Shown here in pieces: positions 52,501-64,000 of a stretch of 64,000 nt of DNA. A program made the position numbers and the translations under genes. The notes under the pieces are model-generated. The model was not told the origin of the DNA. It worked only from the letters and a program-made list of their open reading frames with translations, and ran no database searches. This stretch comes from the human T2T-CHM13v2.0 reference genome, Homo sapiens. The DNA lies in assembly GCF_009914755.1 (NCBI RefSeq), contig NC_060928.1. One strand, written 5' to 3'. The first letter of the stretch is position 1, and the number at the start of each line of letters is the position of its first letter.

Positions 52501-54880
52501 GAGGAAACAATGCAATGTATTTTCCACATCAAATTAGAATAAATTTTGACTATTTGGTTCGAATTTTTAACTTGGGTATATATTTAATTTTCTAAGTTTC
52601 AAAATTATATTAGGTTTAAGAATGATTATACCCTTTGTAGGAACAATTTGAAAACCAGAGACAAATATATTTAAGGAACATAGAAGTTATGTTACTCAAC
52701 AAATGGTAGTTATATTGTACAGAAAATAGGTATCATTGGTCTTTTATTTCTTGGATTAGTGCAGTCCAATAAAATGTACTGTATCCTTCTATATTCCTTC
52801 ATAGTATTTCTCAAACTTAATTAATGATGATATTACTGTAATATTAGTCAATCCACCTGGCCATAAATTCCACAGGAACAAGTGCCATCACCTCTGTGTT
52901 GATCACCTCTGACTCTGCAGAGCTTGATATCTAGTAAGTGCTCAATTAATGTTTATTAAATAAATAAATGAACTGTTATCAGAGTACTCATCATACTATA
53001 TGTAATGACAAAAATGAAAAAGTGTAATTCTAAGAAGATTTTATTTTAAAATATAAAATAATTTTCACTAATTTAATTTATGTATCAATATTGGAACCAC
53101 TACAATGTTATGACTGAATCAAAGAGCACCTGAGAGCTAAGATGTTTATGGAGAATTTAACAATGAATTTTTAGCATAAGATTGTTAAGTTAGATATAAA
53201 ACTGTCAGTGTTCAATAGGTCATGTATTTTGGGGGTTGTTTCTTTTACTGAGCTTCAGAAACTATTTGTATTAGCTAAGAGCAAAAATTATAAAATTTCT
53301 TTACAAATTAATCTACAAATAACTTCTGGGATCTTTAGTCAATAGTTAACAAAGAAAGGACTAACTACTTTCTCCTAAATAATTCCTGGGAAGCCTTTGC
53401 CCCATGGGATACTGTAAAGGTGTTCCGTACATATTTTTGTTTCCTTCCTAATTTTCAGATAAATTTTTCCTTATAAGTATATTTGATGACATTAATATTG
53501 CTTTCATTCTAAATATTTAATGATTAGTATATACCATTATATCTGTGGCTACAAGCTGAGTCTCAAGAGCCATACAGGCCTGGGTACGAGACTGAGCGAA
53601 TTAGGAAAAATGACTAACCTACTTATGCCTCAATGTTCTCATATGTAAGAGTAATGTGTTCCATATCCTAGAAATCCATCAAGGTTGGATGCATATAAAA
53701 CTTTTAATAAATGGTAGCTACTATGTGTTCTTCAAATATTTATATTTAAAAATAATGTATAATAAAGTTAATTGAGATTCCATGAATATTAACATCTGAT
53801 AAAGCAATAACACTAGGAAGAAGATAGTTATATTTTGTATTTCTATAACATACACTTTATAGGTTTAAATGGCTTATACTATTGGTTCCAAACTTCCTAT
53901 ACTACTAGAACTACCACCACTATCATCACCAGCACCACACAAACACTCTCACACACACACGCATGCATACACACATCTCTAAAATCCAACTTTCACTTTG
54001 AAAGTAAAAGATAGGGCCTGCAGATTAAACTTTTCAAAAATATTTCAATCAAAACCTTAGATGTGTTTAGTGTGCCTCTTTATTACATGTTAATTGTATT
54101 GTGTCTACAACTTATCAAACATATTTTAAAATCAAGTGTTATTAAGTGCTTTTAAAATCCAACATGTGAATTGTTTTGTGGATACGAAAGAGTAAACAGA
54201 TGAAACCATAGAAATAAACTTTCTTCATGTTAGCTTACAAAAGAAGTTTGTTTGTTTGATTACATTATTAAAATTCTAAATATAGCTTTGTTATTTCTTT
54301 TTGCCTTTTTTTTGGCCTAAATAATTCTTAGTAATTTTTTTTCTACTGGAAGAGTGAAACATATTATGAATATAAAATACATTATATTCTAATATTTTTC
54401 CTCACATTTTTTCAAATTCCAGTAATGAATTTTGAATAAATAATTCATGGATACTAAGCTGATTTCAGTTTATGGTGTGTAATAGTTATCTTTGCACTTT
54501 CTTTCAAGGAATTAGAAGAGAGGTATAATATAAATTAAATGAACCAGAGAAAATGCTTCTGTGAAAAAGTAATTGGTATAGGATAGGTTTTCTCAAAGTT
54601 TGTTGTGACAACAACTTGAAAAGTGTTGCCTGTGATGCTTGTTAACAATGCACATCCTGACTCTCCGTGAGTCAGACATTGTCTCTGGGATGTTAGTGGC
54701 TCTCCAGGTAATGCTTAGGTGAACTAAAAAGTTTTAAGTAACACTAGACAAGCAGGCATCTGTTTTAATAAAATAAAATATCTTTTTAATTCAACCCAGA
54801 AATAGGAAATCTTACTTTTCCATTTATTGAATCTTCAACAGATACTCATCTTAGCTCTTGCAAAAGCGAGTTATTAAGTG

Positions 54881-55319
54881 TGTGAACCCCTAAAATCTGA
54901 GACAGATCTCAGTTAATTTACCAAATGTCAAGTTTGAGGACACGTGTCCATGACACAACCTCAGGAGGTCCTGATGACATATGCCCAAGGTGCTCAGAGC
55001 ACGGTTTAGTTTTATGCAATCTAGGGAGACATGAGGCATAATCAACACGTGCAAGATGAGCATTGGTTTGGACAATGCGAAGGAAAGGCAGGAAGACTCG
55101 AAGTGGGGAGGGGTCTTTGAGATTAGAGACAAACAGTTGCATTCTTTTGAGTTTCTGATTAGCCTGTCCAAAGAAGGCAATCAGATATACATTTATCTCA
55201 GTGAGCAGAGAGGTGACTTTGAATAGAATGGGAGGCAGGTCAGTCCTAAGCAGTTCCCACCTTGACTTTTCCCCTCAGCTTAGTGATTCGGGAGCCCCAA
55301 GTTTTATTTTTCTTTCACA
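54881..55319 (-). mobile_element. MER4A-like LTR (ERV1), 3' LTR of a minus-strand provirus
   Basis: TG...CA ends; 'cctcaggaggtcctgatgacatatgcccaagg'; polypurine tract (aaaaggggggaaa on minus strand) directly adjacent at ~55320-55332. Confidence 0.9.
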
Positions 55320-57013
55320 TTTCCCCCCTTTTCTTTTTTAAAAATCTTTTGGAGAAAGCATTTTTAAAGAAAATGAGTCTCTGATTTCAGGTTTTGTCTG
55401 ATCTCTCATGGCTAGGATGGTTTATTCCTAGACAGGTAAGTCCCGAGTTATTAAGAAAGCTCATTTCTAGAAGGTTGTGAAGTCTCATGTCTTGTGAAGA
55501 GAAAATAGGGGGAGGAAGGGAGAAAAACAACAACAAACAAAAGAATAATCCTGAAAAATTGATATAGGCCACATTACTCTGAAGTCCATACATCAGTAGG
55601 CAAGTATGAAAGTGGCTTATGTATGTAAATAGGTTGCTGCTATTTTCTTCTGAAGTTTAAGTTGTCCAGCTTCAGTTCCCAGGGCTTTATGAAAGCACAG
55701 CTTAGTTTTCAGTGACTCCAAATGTTAAAAAAAATGGGTAAAAAGAAGGAAAAAAATTGAAAACATTATTTTGCAGGTGTTTTGCCAAGAAAAATTAGAA
55801 TTTGGTTCAAGCTGTAGAAAATAATAAGAGCTTCATATACTTCACTCTTCACTGTTCATATACTTCACTTAGTTGTTAACAGCTGTAAATAGCTTAAAAG
55901 AAAAACATCAGGCAAGACTAAAATCTAACAACAGGTATATTATAGTTTTTTGAAACATTATTTTTCTCTCCCCAGTATCTCATTTTTACTACAGACAAAT
56001 CCTGGTAGGACTGATTCGCCTTATTATGCTTGGCCTGATTCTTTGTATACAGTGCAGCAAGAATAATTTTTTTTTACATAGGCTTTTAAATTGGCTTTGA
56101 TGGAAATTTGTTCCATAGAAAGAATCTCAGATAAGACTTTTTTAAAGAGCAGCCCAGCCATGGATTGGTACCATTAAATACCTATGAGTTGGGTGAATTC
56201 CTCTCCTCTTGAGAGGAATTCTCAGGATAAAACTGGGGCTCCTGGGCCTGTCAGAAAGTGGAACCCTGTACAGGGACTGTGTAGATAAGGATATGAGACT
56301 ACTTTTTCCAAGGGGCTTTATTGGCCTCATAAGTCAAGTTTGAGTCTTTAAAGGAAAGCACACCATTCCGGTTAAAGTCTAGGTAAAATAACCCGTTTCT
56401 CCAATTGTGTCCTGTTAGAAATAAAAACAGATTCTTATTGCACTTATGCAAATAACTGTATTGTCGTAAGTTGAAAATACTCATAAACATTTTCCAAATT
56501 CTGTAGAAATCAGGTAGAGATAAGTAAGCTCCAAATTCTGTTCATATACTTCACTCAGTTGTTAACAGCTGTAAATAGCTTAAAAGAAAAGTTTTTGTAA
56601 CTCTAAAAAACAAACCAAAGGATCAGCGACGTTTTAAGCAAAAAGTTAAAAAGATTACTTCAGACTTCTATGAGTTTAGTTAATGCAGCTAATTCTTGTT
56701 CTGCTTGATATTCATGAACATTTCAGATCTCCATGAGTCTTGAAAATTTTTCCTGTATTCTGATGTCACAACTTCCAAAGTTATCAGAAACCTGCATTCA
56801 AAGCATCTGTTAGAATTTTATATCTGATTATGAAACCACCTTCTAAAGAGGATCAAAATAAGACAATTGTTCATGGATGACAAAAGTTTTAGGGAAGCCA
56901 CTGTCAAAGACACAATTGACAAGAAAAGTTGTTACCTCTGTGGCACAAAATAATTTAACATAACAATTAGAATTATTACTGATAATGTACACTAAGTCAT
57001 ATTAAATTTATAG

Positions 57014-57478
<465 letters not shown>

Positions 57479-59183
57479 GGGAACCTCTTAATAATATCTT
57501 AAAGGATTAATTATATCAGAAAAAAACATAATTTATAATTTTATTTTGGAAAGTTTGTCAAATATCAAAGATTTAAAACACTTGATATCACAAAATAGGA
57601 TTACAGGTCATTGTAAAATTAGTCATTCATTTCATAAAACTGATAACTCAAGGATTTCAAAAAAAGGCAAAACATTCATTCTTTGAGAGAGATTTAATTT
57701 TTCCAAACAATATGCCCTAATAAAAAACAGCATGAAGCCAATTAAATTTGTTTTTCAAATTTTATAAACAATCTATAAAATTTAATCTTGATCATAAGAT
57801 ATGGCTTTCATAAGCCTTTTATAACCTTTATAACCTTTAATAAGGAGTTGGTTAATGGTTCGAAAAAAGTGTGTTAATCTGACACAGGTGCCCATATGCT
57901 GGCCTTGCATCAGTGTGCCTTTGACATTAATGGTTAATTTATAGAGAAATTGAACTTATTTTATCTCTTAAAATTGACCCTTAAAATCTTACATGCCCAA
58001 CTCTTCTGCAATAGTCCCTGGGCCTCAAAGAGTTGAAGGGCTTTAATTTCTGGCCCTGTGTCTTAAGAATGCAGTTCATTTGATTGGCATCTTCTATGGG
58101 CCCTGAAGTTGAGGCTTTAATTGCTTTAAGATTTAGCAGGACTTGGTGTCTTTTTAAGACCCAGGAGTCAAAGGCCTGTAACTTAATGTCACAAGTATTT
58201 TGAAAGCATATACAAAAAGATAAATGGATGTAATAAACTTAATTAAAAAATTTTTTTATCTCAGGTTTTTTTTTGGTAAGTGAATCAAAGCTTAATGATA
58301 ATGGCATAGTAATTATTTTGATAAAACATAAAATCTGTTAGGCCAGTTACCAAAAGGCAAAAAAAAAAAAAAAAAAAAAAAAGACATTCTGCAGTGTACA
58401 GAATATTATGCTGGAAGAAAATATTTTCTTTAGATCTTTAACAAAAATATTGTTAGCATCAGGCCACAACAAGCAGAACTTGAGAAAAAAATTTATATAA
58501 CCTGAAACTGATTTGAAGGAGAGATGATCATTTAGCACCTTTTAAAAGAGGAGAGAAACTAAAAATGGTGAGATGCAATAAAAGTTGAACTTTCGGGTAA
58601 AAAATTAAAATATCTTATAATTTATTGAGTAAATCTCTTAAGGAAAGTTATTATTCTAATTAATTCTTTAGTGTATAAGTGTTTTTTTACATTAAACCCA
58701 ATCTCTAGAAAGACCATTATAATTTCCCTTTAATTATAAACACTTTTGCTCAAAAAAAAAAAAAAAGACAAGGTTTTAGGAGAGAAAAAAACAAAAACAA
58801 AATTAAAAAAACACGAAGTCTTGCTAAATACAAACACACACACCACATATGTTGAATGTTAGCTTTTAATTAAGCTGGCTTTTAATCATCAAGTTCCTTT
58901 AAAATAAATCCTTTTAAATCTCATTACCGTATTTCAACTAGGACAAATTGCTGCTATTTCATCAGTACCAAATATCAAACCAGAAAGGGCTTGATTTAGG
59001 AACGAAACTTAGGCTGTCATGGTGGGAAAAAAAGAAGACAGAACCTTAGCTATGGAACTGAAGTATGGGGTGACAGTCATGGCTTTCTGTTTGGCTTGGC
59101 TAGCAAAAAAGTGGCCTTGTTATGTAAATAAAGCTCATTTAATAGTTAATCCTTTTTCTGGCCATTTGTCTCTCCCACCACAG

Positions 59184-59233
59184 CTCCTCCTTCTCCTCCT
59201 CCTCCTCCTCCTCTTCTTCTTCTTGTCCTTCTC

Positions 59234-59266
<33 letters not shown>

Positions 59267-59275
59267 TTTTTTTTT
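59184..59275. repeat. (CTC)n/(CTT)n/T polypyrimidine tract
   Basis: About 90 bp of almost pure pyrimidine. Confidence 0.9.
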
Positions 59276-62200
59276 GTTTTGTGGGAATTTAGCCACTTCA
59301 GCAAACTTGTTCTCTGAAAAAGGCTTAGCTATTACAATAGTTTGGGGCCTTCCCGAGCTTAAACCTACTGGGCAATATAAACATATCACATATTTGTGAC
59401 ATTAAAATTTTATGGAGGTGGGGTTAGGAAAAAGTATCTAGAAACCTTCTAGGAGTTAATAAAGAAAAATTGTTTATAAAACAGTATTTCAAAGCCGTTT
59501 TTTATCCTAAATTCTAAATGTATGGCACTTCCATAAAAACTGATATTCTAGAATGTGATCCTTGTTCAGTATGTATCTTTAATATAAACTAAGAAAAGTA
59601 TCACCAAGCAGTGAGAATTAAACTGATTATTCATTTAGATAGCCATTGCAAATTTAGGTGATCTTTGAAAAAAGAATTAAGTTATACACTTAACTCACAA
59701 CATAAATCAGTGAAATTTCAGAAAGATTAAATGTTACATGCTTAGATATTAGCAGGGTTAGTTTTTGGGAGACTGAGTGAGTTGAGAACAGACAAAATCC
59801 AGAGATGTTTCCTCTTACTTCAAAACCTGTGCTGGTAGACTGAGTTTTCCCCAAGAATTTGATGTTGCTTCCTTTTTAAAAAACAGTTAGAGATTCCCAC
59901 CCTGCCCCACCCCCAGCCTTAGAAAAAATAGTGGACTTTCTGCACAGAAGTGAAAAAAAGTGCTAAGACTTTTTTTAAAACTTTATCTCCTTTTATTTAA
60001 CCTCCTCCGTCTGTTTAAGAACAACAGGGCCTCATCTGTTTTCATGGGGCAGATGGTTCCCAACGCTCTGTATAGTGTCTTGCATTTTGTAGTCTAGGCT
60101 GCAACTTCTTTACTTTTTTTTTTTATGTTGGAATTCACCCCTTTACAAGCTATTCATTGAATTTCACTATCAAACATACTCTCTTTAACTTTTAATACTT
60201 AATTCCTTTGATTTTTAAACTACTCTTCTAATTTTACTAGTGTCTCAGATGAGGAAAGACAAATCTTTTTTTTTTTCCTGTCCTCCATCTTGAACTTCTC
60301 ATGAACAACTGTTAAAAATTCATTTTGCTAAAATTTGTATTTCATTCAAGGATTCTGCATCTCCACTAATAATTACTACATCTCAGCAAGCCCCAGATTT
60401 CTTGTAAGGGAAGGGATTCAACTTCTGGACCCATGAATGAAAAGAGCATGGGGGAAAAGTGATGTACTTGTAATCCTATTAATTGCCTGTGAGCCACAAA
60501 TTCCTCATAAGCTAGCCTTCAGTTGTCCTTATCATAATTTTACATGGTTTTACTAAATTAGAAATACATAATAATTCATTTTATGAAATACATGTGCCTT
60601 TAAAGCCTTGGCTGAAAATTTTTTAACATTTAAAAAATGGAATTAAAAATTAATAAATTTATATAGTACAATATTATCTTTATTTACCTAGGGTTCATAA
60701 TAATAAGTATGTCAAATTTCAAAAAAATTAGAGCTCTCAAAACAAACTTGCATTTTTTATATAAAAATACATTCAACTTTTAGTAAAAATTGTTTATATT
60801 AATGTCAATATTTTTGGTGAAGTAAAATTGAATGTAGAAATTTTACATTTAAATTTTATTTTAGTTGTTGAATTTTTTATATTATTCTGTATAAGATGTT
60901 TAATTGAAGGTATTAACAAGAATGCCTTATATAAATTAAATCTGTTTATGGATGTAAAATATAGCACTTTTAACATTCAATGAAGTAAAACCAATTCAGT
61001 GTAAGAACAAATTAGGCAGTAAACTTGTTTTTAGAAGGAAACTTTGAAAATGTGCCTTGTACTATATGATAACATTAAAATAAGTTACAAAAGTGTTTCG
61101 AAAAATCATTTATGTGTTATTGAAAATAGTAAGAAGGAACAATGTACTCAACACCTCATTGCATTGATGCCTGTTTTATGGCTTCATTAATAATGGGTTA
61201 ATTTAACAATGTATGCTCATTGAGAGAGCTGACTTTTTTCTTGTATGCACAAATTATTCTATTTACATTTGAATTTAAACTCATAACTAAAAATATCTGT
61301 TGCTTAAATGAAATACAGGGAGCTAACTTTTTTTTTTTCTGGATGCTACCATGAAAGCATAAAAAACTCCAATTTTAACAAAGGTAATTATTTTTTAATT
61401 ATTTACTAAAAGGTGTACATTGTAAGTGGCTCCCAAATATAGAATATGAATAGTTTATAATTAGCCTTTTTGTAACATTAAGCAGAACACTATAAATACT
61501 CTGTAGCACTAATGCAAATTACTGTATCACAATATTCTCTTTATAGCTGGTAAGTGTTGGACTCTATCTAAGAAGTCGCATTAAAAAGACCTTTAGGTTT
61601 TTTCAGTTTTACCTAAGAAGAAATCCTATAGCATGAAACACAATGACAGTACTTTAGCTATAAATAGACATTATTATTTACAGTAGAAAAACTCTACATA
61701 TATCTCTTTTCATGATAAAATTGTGTAAAATTATTCTAAAGAAATTCTCTTAAAATAATTCTCAAGTTAAAACACTATTTTAACTTCAGAAATGTCTGCT
61801 TCTTCAAAGCATCTCCTTTGAGTTCACATCTATATAATTGCTCCCTTAATAAGAGTAATTATTACCAGCTTTAAGGAATATTTCAATCTTACAACTCCCC
61901 TCCCACCAAAAAAATAGGCTGTTTGTCTTCAGCTTGGGCTTTTCCCATGAACATCAGATGATAAATCTACCTCTATATTCAACACCTTCACCTGGATGCC
62001 CAACAAGCAACCCAAGCTTCGAAATATCCAAACTGAGCTCCAAGTCTTTACTCATCAAACTTGGACTACTGAAATTTTCTCTCATATCAGTTATTGCCAA
62101 GCTCCTCCTTTCAATTTTCCAACTCTAGAATACTGGAATTATTCCTGACTTTATCTTTCTCTTACACTATTTGATCCATCAGAAAATTCTTTGGCTTTTA

Positions 62201-62531
62201 CCACTTCCCCTTATCTCCATTGCTATCATTCTGATTCAAATTAATGTCATCTTTAGACCCTATTTTTATGTTTGTTTTTCCTCTTTCCTTCCGTAGTTCA
62301 TTCAATACAGCTAAACAGAGTTCTCCTTTGGTGTTATAACCATATCTACTGCTCAAAACCATTCAAGTTACAAATTGCACCATATTGCTTGTCTCTGATA
62401 TTAAATATCTTACTCCTCAGAATTTATTTCTTTCTACATTTCTTTTGTTGCTTTGCTCTAAGTAGTTTCACGTTCCTCATTTATACCAAAAATATCTCCA
62501 TCAAGCAAATTTTGCATTTGCTTTTCTCTCT

Positions 62532-62901
62532 TATCTTATTCAGTCCAGGCTGTCATAACCAAATACCAAAGACTGAGTGGCTTAAACAACATTTATTTCT
62601 CATTGCTCAGGAGGTTAGGAAGTCCAAGATCAAACCTTAGGCAGATCCAGTTTCTAATCAGGGCTCTCTTTCTGGTTTGCAAAAGATGGTCTTCTGCTTG
62701 TATCCTCATCTGACAAAGAGAGCAAGCTCTAGTTTCTTTCTCTTTTCATAAGGGCACTAATCCCATCATGAGGACTCTACCCTCATCACTTCATGTAAAC
62801 CCAACAACTTCCCAAACATCCTACTTCCAAATACCATACTATTGGGGGTTAGCGGTTCCTCAGGTGAATTTCGGGGGAACACACATATACCATCCAATAC
62901 A
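62532..62901 (-). mobile_element. MaLR LTR (MLT1A-like)
   Basis: 'ggcttaaacaacatttatttctca...ggaagtccaagatcaa...aagggcactaatcccatcatgagg'. Confidence 0.85.
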
Positions 62902-63220
62902 TGCCACACCCTAGTCCCCCAAAACTCATTCCTTGCTCATATGAAAAATACATTCGTTCCATCTCAACAGCCCACAAAGTGACTTTGGACTAAAATCCAA
63001 AGTCACATCTAAATGTCATCTCAAATAGATATGGGTGAGACTCTAGGTACAATTATCTTGAGGCAGAATTTCTTTTCAGCTGTGATCCTGTGAAATCAAA
63101 CACGTTATATACTTCCAAAAGAAAGTGGTGGGACAAACATAGGATAGACGTTTTTATTTCAAAAGGGGAAATAGTAAAGAAGAAAGGATTTATGGGTCCC
63201 AAGCAATTTCAAAATCTGCA
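62902..63220 (-). mobile_element. MLT1 internal 3' segment
   Basis: Reverse-complement homolog of 19960-20240 ('ggtgagactc...gaggcagaatttcttttcagctgtgatcctgtgaaa'). Confidence 0.75.
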
Positions 63221-64000
63221 TTTCCTAACCCCTGCTCTGCTTTATTCATCAGGTTCATCTCATTAGAATGTGAGGTTCAAGAGAACAGATTTTTCCCTCC
63301 ATCCCTATTTACTCAAGAAACTTTGTATATAGAAGATGATGCATATTGAATATACCATTGACTAAATGAATAAATGTATACTAAAAATTAAATATTTTGA
63401 CTTTTCAAATAATTTAGTAAAGATAAATAATTTCAGGATTTAAGAAAATTATATCATCAATATGACTATAGCAATAAGAAGTAAGAAGATTAAACTCAAA
63501 CGACAATTGTTTTGATCCATCAGATCATACAATGTTTTAAGACTACATAGAAGAAAGTATTTGAAGAAAAATGGTTTAAAATGTCAGTTTATCAAAAGAT
63601 AGATTATCTTGATTTTGGGATTTAAGATTGGTAATCTTAATTGATTAAAGTTTATCTGTCTCAGAGTCATCACCAATAATTGACTGTTGAGCTAGGCATG
63701 GGACACTCTGACTCATGTCCCCTCTTAATTGAATTTGAAACAAAAACAGAATAACTTGGGTAATCTTTAACCACTTATGTGAGAATAAACTAAAATACTA
63801 AAAGAAATTCATTTAGGCTAAAAGGACAACTGAATAAAATACTTCTACAGGTTTGCAGGTGGTAACCATGCATAGTTTCCTTCTGTAAGTTAGTGATGTG
63901 ATCAGTCTGAGAGACTATATATATATATGCCCTTATATATTCTACTAATATATGCCATATATATATCCTAAATATATTCTACTGTTGCATAAAGGGAGGG

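Larger units (their letters stand above)
61940..63378 (+). mobile_element. L2 3' region interrupted by a MaLR
   Basis: 'ttcacctggatgcccaacaagcaacccaagcttcgaaatatccaaactgagctc'; terminus 'ttgactaaatgaataaatg'. Confidence 0.7.

Noticed and set aside
59019-59399. Lys/Arg-rich 84-aa ORF (-) and Leu/Phe-rich 126-aa ORF (+)
   Set aside because: Both are translations of the CTC/CTT microsatellite, not real basic or membrane proteins

Overview
AT-rich, CpG-poor primate genomic DNA (Alu S/Y, L1PA, MER4 present; human-like), intergenic or deep intronic. I recognise no protein-coding gene, tRNA, rRNA, CpG island or CRISPR array. All long ORFs in the track are decayed L1 ORF1/ORF2, Alu or Tigger read-throughs, or microsatellite artefacts. 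Content: a 3'-truncated L1PB-like element (1-3.5 kb); a deeply nested old L1M/LTR/DNA-transposon/Alu stack (3.5-10.9 kb); L1M, Tigger1, ERVL/MaLR and L2 relics (11-26 kb); a full-length, TSD-bounded L1PA8-like element on the minus strand with an AluY in ORF1 (29.9-36.5 kb); a truncated MER4-group provirus (54.9-59.3 kb); and three (GATA)n arrays. Signals not explained by ordinary repeat annotation: an ancient inverted duplication (~41.4-42.7 kb vs ~51.8-52.5 kb), an isolated inverted L1 5'UTR copy beside the full-length L1, a recent templated insertion in MER4-int, a ~165-bp nested fold-back, and candidate minus-strand exons at 46.2-48.6 kb. I found no convincing new biological system. Repeat subfamily names come from memory of consensus sequences and need Dfam/RepeatMasker confirmation, and boundaries of old elements are approximate.
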